From: Octopus bimaculoides
Lineage: Eukaryota
Reading direction: 5' to 3'
DNA: 64,000 nucleotides
Assembly (NCBI RefSeq): GCF_001194135.2
Contig: NC_068985.1
Span: 69,179,580-69,243,579, forward strand
Both the position numbers and the translations under genes were made by a program. Under the pieces are notes generated by a model, which worked only from the letters and a program-made list of their open reading frames with translations, was not told where the DNA came from and did no database searches. Below are positions 12,136-25,699 of this stretch, in pieces (within the stretch, counting starts at the first letter, position 1; each line of letters opens with the position of its first letter).

Positions 12136-14764
12136 CTTGCATATTTTGATGTTTTCTTTGTCATGATTTTTTTTTGTTTTGTTTTGACTTCCTATTACTT
12201 TCTTGTAGTTGTATTCTTCTTGTTCTATTGTTCTCCCTTTCGACGTCTTTTTGTTACCTCTTTTTCTAAAAATACTTCTTTTTCCTATTTTTTTCTTGGA
12301 GTTATTTTCCACCCACGTTTCTATTCCTGAATATATGACATAGCTAATATTTTTCGATTTTCAAGACCTTGGAAAATTTGCCTGAAACACTGATTTAATA
12401 TTCGCTTCACGGAAACGGTGAACCATTATCAGTTGAGCAATATTATAATTTCACTCCTGTTTTGCTGAATCAGTTAGAAATCAGGTTTTATTTTAGTTAT
12501 CTTTTATTTTTACTGGAGTGATTTTGGGCGAGGTTTTAATGGTGTTGCTTGTCGTAAGAAATGTAAGATATTTTCAATTTTTTTTAAAAATAGGTTTAAT
12601 GTAGAGAAATTCTTGAAATTTATAATTTTAGCTGACAATTTGAATTTATTTTCAGTTTTGTTTTTATTTTCACTTCTGTTGTTTGCAAGTTTGTATTATG
12701 TATTTATATATGCATGCAAGGATAGATGTGCGTGAGCATTGTATGAATATGGGTTAGGATGCATATGTGAGAAGGAAGGAAAATAATTTCTAGGCACGGC
12801 CCACACGTGTTATGGCAAATCGACACAATTCAAAAATATCCAATCTACATACAGTATCTGTCAGGAAAAGCCCAGTTGATATTTTCTAGTGTGTACACAA
12901 ACGCACACACACACATATGCGTATACATATATGTATATATGTATGCACATATATGTAATTGTACACACAAGCACTTCTATGTGTATATATATCTAAGTAA
13001 ATGCCTATGTAGATATATATATGTGTATGTGCGTATGTTATCATTCATAAAATATACATATATAAACACACGCACACACGGACATTAACGCATTTAGCCC
13101 CTGTTTAGGTATGTTCGCTAATATGTATGCAATTTTTGCAAGCATCACGAAGTTCTCTTGTACAAATATTCTCGGGTCTGAACTAGTTTATGATTATACA
13201 AGCAATGAGCAGAATAATCAAATCCACCTTTAGAAATATTTGAACTCTAAAATCAAGAAATGATAAAATTAAATCTTAGAAGATGAAATAATCATAAATT
13301 AGATACTTTCCTTAGGAAAAATTGTCAGCCTTTCTTTTATTTCTGCACGAACAATTTTTGATAAATGTTTTCTCCATTAAATCGTGCTTGTTCGAAGACA
13401 CGTGGATAACTGTATGTAATGGGAAACTATGTATAGTAAATTGCATATAGCTTCTTTTCACCAAATTTGCAGTCAAATGTGGAATTTGATATTTTTAAAG
13501 TCGTAATTAAATTGTTTTAAAATGTGAGGGCTTAGAGATGTATATATTTTTTCCCATTACTTGTATGATCATAAATAATATAAGAATGGAAATGTATACA
13601 TAAATACATGTTAATAAATGAAATCGTCAAACTTTCACAGGTAATCAAATTACTATTCACAAAGTCCCAGATATTTAGCACTTGTAAGCTAATAGAATAT
13701 TGAAATGTAGCCTCGACAGGTTACTGTTCATGGGAACTTTTCTAATAGAAAAACACATGTTGCACTTTGTTGCAATTTGCAGGATTTGCAACATTATAAA
13801 TTATAATGCCCGTTTCAATATTTCCTAAGATTGTAAATCTTTACATTTCACATTCCGATGCAGTTAGTAACATGTAATACTAGATATAAAACCATGCATA
13901 TACATGCAAGCGTCATTCACAATATTTCATAAAGTGATATAAATTTCGGTATACTGTAATAATAACATTTTACACTAATTTATAGAAGTTCAAAACATGC
14001 TACAGCTTGTAATTTACATTGATATTTACATCGTAGAGTTAACTTTACATCAAATATGTACCAGATTCTCTAAGATATATCAATTCGCTTTGCTATTATG
14101 TCTTCAGAAATATATTAGATGCAAATTTTAAATCGAAATTTTCCCTAGAGTGTTTTTGTCTACATTTCAGGAGGTAATAACAGGTATGGTGTGTTATAGG
14201 TTAATAAATTCATCTTTCTAATATTGATAGTACTACTTAAAATGAATCAGGTATGCTATAAATACGGGACTTCGCAAATACACTCACACACACACATTCA
14301 TCACATAACACGTACATAGAGCAAAATGCTACACTGTTAGCTATGTTAATAGCCATGACAAACATGAAAGTAATGGGTTACCGCACCTTTTTAGAATTAT
14401 CTATAAATTTCTCCCATGTAAGCTTAAACACACTGTTCGCATAACTAAATCATGATTCTATTGCCAGTGATAATATGCTTACTGATGTAATAAATTTTCA
14501 AATTATGTTGATAAGTCTTGTGTCATCCTGTAGGTCTTTGTTACTATTCCAGACGCATAAACAGAATATTTCCACAGTGTTTAAATTAGGATAATAAGGA
14601 GGTTGTTGTGAATGAGTAATTTCGTTCAAAACTACTGAGTGATTCTTTAAAGCTTACTCAACATTTCAGTGTGCAATGTTTATGGATTAGTGTATCCTAT
14701 ATTTAGACATGGCATCATAATTCTATTATCTAGTGACATGTCAACTTTGTTTTTTAGATGAGAC

Positions 14765-14996
14765 TATTTCGTTGTAACCAAAATGTTTCGACTGATTTAC
14801 TCCCAAGCCTTCATCAGGTGTCCTGGTAGAATTTTGAACCCACCCCTGGGTATTCATTCCTAAGATATTTTTTTGCCAATGATATAATTATTATTATTGT
14901 TGTTATTATTATTTATTTAAGGCACTGCTTGGAATTGAACTCGTAATCTTGGAGTCAGTAGCCCGCGCTCTTAATCATTACTCTATGTACCCGTGA
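14765..14996 (-). mobile_element. tRNA-headed SINE-like element with 3' hammerhead-like motif
   Basis: Minus strand: tRNA-like head (GCGCGGGCTACTGACTCCAAGATTACGAGTTCAATTCC), (AAT)n tract, CTTAGGAATGA, then GGACAC-CTGATGA-A-GGCT..AGTC-GAAAC. Confidence 0.75.
14778..14823 (-). ncRNA. Degenerate hammerhead-like core
   Basis: CTGATGA (plus 14811-14817) and GAAAC (plus 14785-14789) flank a GGCT/AGTC stem II; stem III and cleavage triplet decayed (ATT). Confidence 0.5.
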
Positions 14997-15161
14997 AGCA
15001 CTATCAGTGATTGAAGAAAAACTATCTAAAAAATCGCACTAGTGTACCAATAGGAAAATTGATGGAAATGTTGACTTTCTGTGTAGAATATGGGAACCGG
15101 TATTAAGGAAGGATACACAAATATTAGGTTTATAACCCCTCAAAATTCACTCTATATTTGT

Positions 15162-15309
15162 CCACGGGCATATAGACTAATGGTTTTAAAGCGCGGGCTA
15201 CTAACTCCACGATTGCGAGTTCAATTTCAGGCAGTGCCTTGAGTAAATAATAATAACTTTAATAATAATGATAATAACATCAGCAAAAAAGTACCTTAGG
15301 AATGAGAAC
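15162..15309 (+). mobile_element. Second, 3'-truncated copy of the tRNA-headed element
   Basis: Aligns in inverted orientation to 14850..14996: head, AAT tract, CCTTAGGAATGA. Confidence 0.8.
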
Positions 15310-16764
15310 ATATAGAACAAAACTGAACATATGTTATTCTTTTAACGAGAGGATTTACATTTTATCTTTTATTCCTGAAAATCTTCTTAAGTATTTTGCA
15401 TAGTTGGTAATGATTTCTCAAGAATTAAAATATAGATGGTTAAAGACAAACACCAATTAGCTCTACATTCCATTTTCCATCAACGCGACAGCAATTCCAT
15501 TTGTTAAATAGGAAACAATAATCTTACCCTTTACGTCTCAATATTTTAAAATACTGGTATGGTTTACCTGAAACCCCAGGATTCTCAATGAAATATAGCA
15601 TATTTTATGCATCATTATCAGCAACTTTCATTGATGTCACCCTAAAAAATAGTTACGCGTTCAGATAATTCCAAGTCATAGCAACATTTGTGTTCAATAT
15701 CCAGAGTTTGGTGAATACATTGCAATGCGCTATTGCGAGACTGTTAATTCGATTTAACCACTGCATTGGCATCTTTTTTAAGTATCGATTTAACTCATAG
15801 AATAGACCTGGACGATCACTTGGTCTATTGAAGATGCGAGTAATTGCAGTTATTTCAAAAATTTCTCTAATCCAGAGAAGCATTTTCGCTTGTTCAAGTT
15901 CTAATTTACAATACATCTATTTCAAAGTATGTAGTAATATTCTACTTTGAGCAGCTAGTTAGTAAGTGTTGTCAATATCATCGCCATTAAAGCGAATAAC
16001 TTTAAAGTCTGTAGCTATGTTCACATGCAAATCCCCTTCTGTTCTTGTAGTCTCTCATGTTTTGATTGATTGACTACATACCATCTTGGAATTATTTTAA
16101 CTCCCCCAGCTTTGGTAATTATCACTTTGTTGTGTAACCAAAACAAACGAAAGGAATTTTAGAGTTACATTTTCCACATTTACTAGTCCCTTACTTTATG
16201 TCTACACCAGTTTCTTTATGAGAGACTCTTATATTTAGCAGTACTGTTGCCATCTATTAATTTACCTTTAGCTTGTTAAATTGCTAATAACGCACCCATA
16301 TTAATTTGCAGTTTACACATCAACGGTTTAGAAATCAGCGTTTGAGTTTCAACAGTTTTCTTATAAGACTGATAGATGGAGCTGAGTTTAACCCTTGCGG
16401 ATTAATATGCTTTGCATTCAAAATATGAAATCGTCGATTTGGATACATCTCCTAGGGGCTTACCTCGACTTGTTAGTCATTACGATAGTGCTTTGTAGGT
16501 ATTGAGTTGTTTTGACTCTTATTTCTTGGAATATTGACAGTACACAAGCATAGGTTCACATGTGCATACACATATACACACACACTGACACGTCTACACA
16601 CTTACCTAAATACTCACGTAATACATAAGTACATACGTACATACTTAATACATACATGCATGCATACATACATACACACATACATACATACATACATACA
16701 TACATACATACATACACACATACTTACATACATATATGTCATGAACTAACTGTTATTTTTTCAG

Positions 16765-16833
16765 ATGCAGCACGGAATTTTGTCAATGAACAAGTCGCGG
16801 TCTCAAAGCGACGAAAATATTTTGGAAAATTAA
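16765..16833 (+). other. Candidate exon of an unidentified transcript
   Basis: ACTAAC branch-point-like motif, TGTTATTTTTTCAG acceptor, then MQHGILSMNKSRSQSDENILEN* (phase 0) or an alternative open phase; no recognised homology. Confidence 0.25.
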
Positions 16834-16977
16834 ATTTAAATGTTGAAGTGAATCTAACAGTTTTTGTGTGTTTCTTAAATGGCTTATAAACACCTTCCAC
16901 GCTGCCATTGATTCGGTTCCAGCACACGATCTCAGATCAGGTCACCTGCTATGCTAGTACATTTGTCTCTCTCCCTA

Positions 16978-17028
<51 letters not shown>

Positions 17029-17559
17029 GTANNNNNNNNNNNNNNNNNNNNNNNNNNNNNNNNNNNNNNNNNNNNNNNNNNNNNNNNNNNNNNNNNNNNN
17101 NNNNNNNNNNNNNNNNNNNNNNNNNNNNNNNNNNNNNNNNNNNNNNNNNNNNNNNNNNNNNNNNNNNNNNNNNNNNNNNNNNNNNNNNNNNNNNNNNNNN
17201 NNNNNNNNNNNNNNNNNNNNNNNNNNNNNNNNNNNNNNNNNNNNNNNNNNNNNNNNNNNNNNNNNNNNNNNNNNNNNNNNNNNNNNNNNNNNNNNNNNNN
17301 NNNNNNNNNNNNNNNNNNNNNNNNNNNNNNNNNNNNNNNNNNNNNNNNNNNNNNNNNNNNNNNNNNNNNNNNNNNNNNNNNNNNNNNNNNNNNNNNNNNN
17401 NNNNNNNNNNNNNNNNNNNNNNNNNNNNNNNNNNNNNNNNNNNNNNNNNNNNNNNNNNNNNNNNNNNNNNNNNNNNNNNNNNNNNNNNNNNNNNNNNNNN
17501 NNNNNNNNNNNNNNNNNNNNTATTTATATATATGTATATGTATGTATGTATGTATGTAT

Positions 17560-18180
17560 ATAGGCTGTAACAGCTCAAGAAACATCACGAACAGTATGGA
17601 AAGAAGCAGCAATTATGTTCGTAAAAGTGGGAGGGAAACCAGTAAAGACAGGAAAAAACATGCACATAATTTATAGCTTGCTGTATGGATCTCAAACATG
17701 AAATATGAAAGTGAACCTGGGAGAGAAACTGCAATTTCCCAACGCCATCCATACAATCTTGAGGCCAGAGGTAGTTCTATGCTCTGGGAAGACCAAGGAA
17801 GTGATATTGATTGAGCTCACAGTCACGTTAGAAGTTATGTGTGGTCAGGTCCACGAATTGAAGCGTGCCATGTATGAGAATCTTTTGCAGGTTGGCTGTA
17901 AAACGTTCCCTGCCTAGCTGGCATGCAAGATGCTTACAGCCACTGGAACGAGAAAGGAGTGAATGGTGGCTCTGCACAGGATCGGAGAGGCAGCTCAAAG
18001 AACTTCTTGTTGGCTTTGGAGCAAGAGCGAGGAATTAACCTGGAAACCAAGAGGAAATGAGGAGCTGTGATTTGGCCTCCTCTGCTGACCCACGGTCGAA
18101 TCATCCGATGAACGCTGGATACCGTTTGATGGCATCAGTTCCTCCTGTCCAAAGCTCCGTTCATTTTGTTGAGTAGAAAA
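17560..18180 (+). mobile_element. Hero-like RLE LINE 3' fragment
   Basis: MKVNLGEKLQFP..TILRPEVVLCS..VILIELTV..HELKRAMYENL, followed by a WLWS-like end and 3' UTR. Confidence 0.8.
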
Positions 18181-18204
18181 AGCACCACCTTCTATGAGTT
18201 AATA

Positions 18205-18283
18205 GCATACATACATGCATACATACATACATACATGCATACATACATGCATACATACATGCATACATACATACATACATACA
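18205..18283. repeat. (CATA)n microsatellite
   Basis: Direct inspection. Confidence 0.95.
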
Positions 18284-18609
18284 TTCCAGCAGAAGACCAT
18301 GCATGGATACGTTAACAGAAAGCTCCATAGTGATATCAACATTGACAACCAGAGCAGTTTATCGTGGACAAACAATCGGGGCGTCAACTCTCACTTTGAA
18401 GGGTATGCCTTTGCTATTCAAGAACAAGAAATAGCAATCAAATTCCTAATAAACAAACGGGACAGAGAGGCGGGCAAAGCGCCACAATGTAATAATCGAT
18501 GCAGACTCTGTGGAATCAGTATCGAAGATATCACCCACATCATTAGCAGCTGTCCAAAAATGTCATCACGGTATTACCTACCTATGAGACATGATGCTGT
18601 GGCCAAGAC
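18284..18609 (+). mobile_element. R4/Dong-like LINE fragment (CCHC region), open to gap
   Basis: MHGY..SHFEGYAFAIQEQEI..CRLCGISIEDITHIISSCPKMS..RHDAVAK with no stop codon. Confidence 0.88.
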
Positions 18610-19266
18610 NNNNNNNNNNNNNNNNNNNNNNNNNNNNNNNNNNNNNNNNNNNNNNNNNNNNNNNNNNNNNNNNNNNNNNNNNNNNNNNNNNNNNNNNNNN
18701 NNNNNNNNNNNNNNNNNNNNNNNNNNNNNNNNNNNNNNNNNNNNNNNNNNNNNNNNNNNNNNNNNNNNNNNNNNNNNNNNNNNNNNNNNNNNNNNNNNNN
18801 NNNNNNNNNNNNNNNNNNNNNNNNNNNNNNNNNNNNNNNNNNNNNNNNNNNNNNNNNNNNNNNNNNNNNNNNNNNNNNNNNNNNNNNNNNNNNNNNNNNN
18901 NNNNNNNNNNNNNNNNNNNNNNNNNNNNNNNNNNNNNNNNNNNNNNNNNNNNNNNNNNNNNNNNNNNNNNNNNNNNNNNNNNNNNNNNNNNNNNNNNNNN
19001 NNNNNNNNNNNNNNNNNNNNNNNNNNNNNNNNNNNNNNNNNNNNNNNNNNNNNNNAAATACATATGCATGCATCTAGACATAAAAACGCATCCATAAAAC
19101 AAACATACAAATCTGCGCATACACTAACACCAAATACTGCACACACACACATATGCACAAATACCTAGATGATGTTGATAAAAGTTCCAATGAAGGAGCC
19201 TTGAATCTATGTTAGAGTCCGGCTCTTTCTCTATGGACAAGAAATACAGAAATGAAACTGATTGAT

Positions 19267-19354
19267 ATACATACATACATGCATACATACATACATACAT
19301 GCATACATACATACATACATACATGCATACATACATACATACATACATACATAC
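19267..19354. repeat. (ATAC)n microsatellite
   Basis: Direct inspection. Confidence 0.95.
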
Positions 19355-19374
19355 AGGGTGTTGCACAGAAGATC

Positions 19375-19640
19375 GTAAGATTGTGTTTTCGATTCTAGAA
19401 TCGGCTGATGCGTTGTGTTCTTAATAGAAACGCATAGTTACCCGTTACCCCAGTCAACACAAAGTAGCATAAGTATGCGATTCTGCGACGAGACGGCGTT
19501 CGTATAGATCTCGTCAACTGTATGGTTCCGGATTCAGTTCCACATCGCAGCATCTTGGGCAAGTGATTTCTGCTATAATCCGGAGCCAAATAAAGCGTTG
19601 AGAGGGAATTTGGCAGTTGAAAATGAAAAGACCCACGGAG
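19375..19640 (+). mobile_element. Two decayed SINE fragments
   Basis: GATTCTAGAATCGGCTGATGCGTTGTGTTCTT resembles the 28915 family; ATGGTTCCGGATTCAGTTCC..CTTGGGCAAGTG resembles the 6056 family. Confidence 0.6.
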
Positions 19641-19679
19641 AATTATCGACCAGGAGAAGAAGGAAGAAGATAAGGAGCT

Positions 19680-20242
19680 GTGGATGTGGTATGTCAAAGA
19701 GCCTGGAGGGAATGCGACTTCCCCAAGAGGAAGGTCACATGTCCAGACTTCTGGAGACTGGAACGATTCTGTATCTCTTCTTTGGTACATGCTGTATAAG
19801 TCACATTTTCAAAAAATCTGTACAAATAAGGTTTGAAGGGGGACCAGCTGTGAAGAATTTGAGGGGAGAGAGGCACGCTGGCGTACTTTTTATCAGGATT
19901 CAAAATAGCATTTATTAAAGAGAAATGCATGTGGAGCCATGACTCTTCCTCATACTCTGGAACAAGAAAAACACAAGAAAACACCATTACCATGGGGGAA
20001 AGCAAACAACAGCAATCAAGTTCGTGAAAGAAGGAGAAAAGTCAGTAAGGACAGCAAAAAATGATTAAATAATTTCTACATGGGTTCCAGCCATAAGATA
20101 TGAAAGTGGATTTCGGTGAAAGGCTGCAGTTTACCCAGGTTGTCCATACAACCGTTAGACAAGATGCTCTGTGGTCCGAAAAGGCAAGAGAAATAATATT
20201 TGTCAAGCTTACAGTCCCTCGGGAAGAAGTGGAACTAGTGAA
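19680..20242 (+). mobile_element. Hero-like RLE LINE fragment (second copy)
   Basis: Decayed CCHC region (RGTLAY..SG..MWSHD), then MKVDFGERLQF..HTTVRQD..WSEKAREIIFVKLTVPREE. Confidence 0.75.
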
Positions 20243-23200
20243 AGATAAAAATATATATGCGTATTGCATTCTATATATCATACCGATATGATACTGCAAA
20301 ATATATAAACGTTAATGAAAATCCAATACTAATCCAGCGTCACTAGAATTTTCATATCGTTTGGTAACTAATAACTTAATAAATACAGGCTAATTAAAAT
20401 AGTCTTCCGAAAAATATGTTCCACTTTTGGGCGTTAAAATACTCCATTCGTCCTGCATTTCTACTTCTATTAAAAGAACAGGTAAGTGTTGCTTCAGGTT
20501 ATCTTTAATGAGATCAAACTCCCTATAACGAATGCAATAGAATGCGAAAAGTATTATTGGCAAATAACGACGCCATGCAATCCCTGGTTAGGATTCTCCG
20601 CAGTAAAACCTCTTTTATTACACAGAACCAAGATTCAAGTTCAATCATTCCAGCTTTCTCATCCATATTTCCCTTGCCTTTAACCATATCACTTCTCTTT
20701 TCGTCTGTATAACCCCTGATGTCCGGCAACATTCACTGAGTTCAGTGATATCATTCCCATATGTCAACCTATCACCGATACAAGTGGGAGAAAGAGGACA
20801 AAATTTCCACTGCTAAAGAGATTTTGACACGTTTCCGTTGAGTTAGGATGCACTTGGGGATAAAAAGCAAAGCAAAACATTAATATATACATTTGTTTTA
20901 CATATACTAACGCTATTTATAACAGCATCTAATAAATCATGGTTAATGTATTGATAACATATTTAATGCATTTAATATTAGGTGCCTAACGCAGAGGGCA
21001 TTGTTTATTTATTTACTGATATTATTTTACGCATTACGTGAAGTACAATGGCTGTGTTCAGAATGCTCGTTATTGTTATACACGTGTCACTAAAACATAG
21101 AATATTGCGTAGTTCCTGATGTATTCAAGAATGAATTACTAAGTAAACGTACAATCTGCTGACTGCTGAGGTGTTTACCGAATTAAATACTTCTCAATTT
21201 TGCGATCAAATCAAGTCAATATTTATTGAGTGTGTAGCCAATTCTAGGTTATATAGCGCTTCATTAGAGAAATGCCCTACTCCCAAATAATTCTCTTGTA
21301 CAATAAAAAAAAAAGAATACCAATTACATTTATAATATTAGAAATCATATAAATTCTATAACATTTTTTACGTCCAAAACAGTTTTTGAACAATGCATAC
21401 ATCCAATTACAAACTATATGATTTCTTAAAAATACTATTAGAAGCATTTAAGCTCAAATTTCTTCATCTAGAAACATAAAATTTTCTCTCTTTCTTTATT
21501 TCTTTAATAATTTTATATTTTAGGAAATGTTTTCCTAAATTCATTCCGGGTGTTCGGCGAATTTTATTTTATTTTAATGCTCATTTACAACTGAAAATGT
21601 TCTTCCCCTATTTTTGAAGGCTAACAAGATTCTGAAGGTTAACAGAAATTTGAATATAGAAAAAGTATGTTTAGGTCTATATTTGTTTTGATTCATTGGA
21701 ATTTTCTTCGTATTCTTCTGACTAGAATAAAATAATTGCCTGTTTATAAGAACAAAAATTATCCTGACAATAAGTTTCCTAGTGTAGAAGTCTCTAGCCT
21801 ATTCAATATATGTCTGTGAAATTAAACTGTATACAAATACAATATACAAAAACATATATGTTCTCTTTAATGTGATAGCTGTGTATATGTCGTCTATAAA
21901 TACACTTACTCACACACATGTGTGTCTATGTATGCATGCATGTATATATGTATTATGTATGGAGGCATGTAGGTATGTACATACGTGCGTATTCACAGTG
22001 TGTATGTGTTTGTATTTATGTATGAACATGATGTATAAAGTATGTAAATGTGTATGTCTTGACAATATATCTATATGAGGAGCAAACCAAAAACTGAAGA
22101 GAGAACATTTATTTCAGAGAAATATACGTGCGAGTGTTGGTACATGTGTGTATTAGGTGTTTGCATCTGAATATAGCTGTAAGTATGCACTTGTATACAA
22201 CTATATTATTCTAAACAAATATAATGTAGAAATAATGTAGAATTGGTTGAACAATATACTGTGAAAGAAGCAAGAAATCAATTCCTATTTATATCACTTC
22301 ATGTGCACACAACATTCACACACGCACGCACTTACGTACATATGTAATATAATTGTATCTATGAGAGCGAGTGTGCGCGTTTGTAATGTGTATTTTCAGT
22401 GAACAGAACGCCAAGCAAATAGAGATGTGTTGCCAATGGAGAAAACAGAATTTTAAAAAATAATATAAAAGGAGAAAATACATCTAATAAGCGAAAAAAA
22501 TTCAAGTAAGGCTTCTATATTGCACTATTTCTCCTTTCTTCATATTTATCTCAAGCTACATTTGTTTAACAATCAGAAATAGAAATTTTGTAGGCCTTTT
22601 GAACCTTTACAGAATTGGCACCTAGATTCACATCACGTGCATATGACAGGAAAACAGTGCATTTTTTCATTGCTTTGCAGTTACACATTGTGCTGTGACT
22701 GGTAGTTTGAACCTAGCTTTTGGCTAACGTAGGGGCTAGATGATGTTCGCAGAAATGGAATTAATGACACTCACTCTACTAATAATAAATGCCAGTGATA
22801 AACGCTCGAGCGCACACTCACCCACTCACGTACGCACGCACATACACATATGAATATGAATCTATGAACATACACACACACACGCCTGGAGTTAGGAAGC
22901 TAACAATCAAACCACTATCTGTGAGGAATCTATTAGAAATCACCCTTTAGTTTTGATAACGCCTATGATCATTATTGTAAATAAAATCTAATATAAAAAC
23001 CATAATTATGAATAGTTTGCTGTGTATGCTATATTTGGCTATAGATTAAGAATAACTATTTTCAGGTAAGCTGTGTAAATATTCTGTTTATAAGAACGGC
23101 AGGAGAAAAAAGCTGTTAGAATGGCATTGAAGTTGAGTAACTACATTGACTATGTTACTAAAAGGCAGCAATATATGTATATATGTATGATATAAATATA

Positions 23201-23329
23201 TTTGATTCCAGGTGAGGAAAGTAATCCACTTCTTCATTGACAAGTGATTTATTTGCTTTTTTATGAGAGTAAGGAAATAGATGTGCGTACCTGCACGCAC
23301 ACACACGTACAGAAATGTATACATTATCT

Positions 23330-23372
23330 GTCTCTGTCTGTCTGTCAGTCTGTCTGTCAGTCTGTCTGCCTG

Positions 23373-23411
<39 letters not shown>

Positions 23412-23434
23412 CTGTCCATCTATTTATTTGTCAT

Positions 23435-23497
<63 letters not shown>

Positions 23498-23509
23498 CCT
23501 ACCTATCTC

Positions 23510-23565
<56 letters not shown>
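23330..23565. repeat. Compound (TCTG)n(CT)n(CTAT)n(GT)n(AT)n microsatellite
   Basis: Direct inspection. Confidence 0.95.
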
Positions 23566-23569
<4 letters not shown>

Positions 23570-23959
23570 CATTTTGTGTGTGTATGTATACACGTTTGTG
23601 TGCGCGTGTGTGTATATACGTTTATTCAATATGTATGAAAAGTTACATAGGCATATATATATATGTAGGTGTGTGTATATGCATATATGTGTGAGTGTGT
23701 TTTCATAAAATTCTGACGGTTTATTGATGGGCCTTGTAGACGTTTGTGATATACGACGGCAACAGACAGTTCATATTAAGTAAACTCTCTACGATCAATG
23801 AATTCGACTGTGTGATTCCATTTGATTAATATATAGAGTAAACAAGTGAGTGATTTCTCTGAATTGCTGGGTGTTTTTTATTGAATGAACATTATGGAAG
23901 CAGAAATGAATGACTTCAGTCTACGCACTTATTATAGTTATTGTTATTGTTGCTGCCGA

Positions 23960-23960
23960 T

Positions 23961-24033
<73 letters not shown>
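23960..24033. repeat. (GTA)n microsatellite
   Basis: Direct inspection. Confidence 0.95.
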
Positions 24034-24034
<1 letters not shown>

Positions 24035-24177
24035 TATAATTATTAATGTTCTTGTTTTTGTGCTAGCGCTCGGATTGAACAGACGTATTTCTCTTTTCTC
24101 AGTTTTGGATCATCACATCTACCAAGAATGTTTATCATATGATTTAGATACACACACATATATATACATACATGCGT

Positions 24178-24214
<37 letters not shown>

Positions 24215-25699
24215 CATACACACACACACTTCAATCTGATCTTTTATATCATTAATTTTCGCATATATTAACAAAAATAAAACAAAAAACAAAATGATTT
24301 TACAGAATATGTTTGGTTTGATTCGTAATTTCGTCAATTCAACTAAGCAACACCTAGAAGAAGGAAAATAATAGGATTTACATTTCTGAAATTGCAATGT
24401 TTAGTATAAAGATCAACAGGCACCATCCCTGTGATATTTACTTTTTTCGGAAGGAAAGCCTTTGCGTTTTCCAAAGAAATTTAATGGTTAATTGAGATGT
24501 TTTGGTAATCTCGCATGATGGCAACTACAATAACGTTGATGTACAAAAATCAACGGTAAACATGCGCCATAACAGAATAAGCACGTAATAGGATGGAGAC
24601 ACTGAATGACAAAGAAAGCATAGAAAGTAACATTGCCTTTATACAGTTGTCATATTTCTAGAGGCTTATGGGTGAGTTGTAGCTGTATAAATACCGAGAA
24701 AAGACCGTAGTCAGAGTGGTTGTGGGTGTTTCAATGGACTTGATAGTACTTATGACTTTGCAATATCATCATATCGTATTGGAGCTGTATCCAATTGAAG
24801 GAACAGAAATGAATGATTACGTTCCAAGCAAAACTACTCAATGCAAATTGAACGTTTCCTCTCAGATATATTCTGTAAATACAGAATAAAAAATACAAGA
24901 GCATAAATACCCCGAAATCATGAGACTAAAGCATCGAAAGTGACTTTCATGCATTACTCTGCATTAAAATCCCGACACAGTTACAATCTTTCATTTCCAC
25001 TCTTTCTTTCTCATTCACTTGTTCACTGAATATATCAGTGGAGAAAAAAAATGAGTCTCGCACATATTACTTTGACCAGAAAGTTTTTAATTATCGATTA
25101 CACAATCAGAGCTAGTTAAATTGCATCAACATACCCCTTGTATCCTTGGTTGAGATATATGTCCAGGTGTTGGCAAATAAAAATTTCACATTCCGTCACT
25201 TGAATAAATGTAGAGCAACGATCAGATTACTTTCGAAGGAGAGACTGTTGGAATATTTAAAGGACGTACGAGGCTATAATCTAGCCATTAGTCAAAGGAA
25301 AACGACAAAAATATCGACCAATTCTTCAAAACTAAGTTCGAAGGATAATGATGAAATGAAGTCATACGGTAAACAAGGGTTTGACGAGTCATTAATTTCT
25401 ATAAGATGTAAAGTAACATTAAGGTGACAGTTAGTGCTAATGCTAGTGACATTAAACACTGAATTATTGTCACATTTGTTGGGATATATATGTGTGTATA
25501 TGTGTGTGTTTGTGATAAACGAGAAAGAGTTAACCGAAAACGGCATATGATCTGGGGTAAGTGTGGATATATGCTACGCGTATATTAGTGATCCTTAATA
25601 AATTGTAGATTTCAGTCGATTTCACATGTTAAATAACTGCATTTATCATTTTGGTTATGTCACTTAGTTTAGGACTAAAATGCCCATAAAATGTTACAA

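Noticed and set aside
12140-12340. ~64-aa Lys-rich open frame on the minus strand after a possible acceptor
   Set aside because: The strand is A-rich and T-poor, so stops are rare by composition; no homology recognised.
14920-15240. tRNA genes
   Set aside because: Only tRNA-like SINE heads; acceptor stems are not formed and the boxes are mutated.
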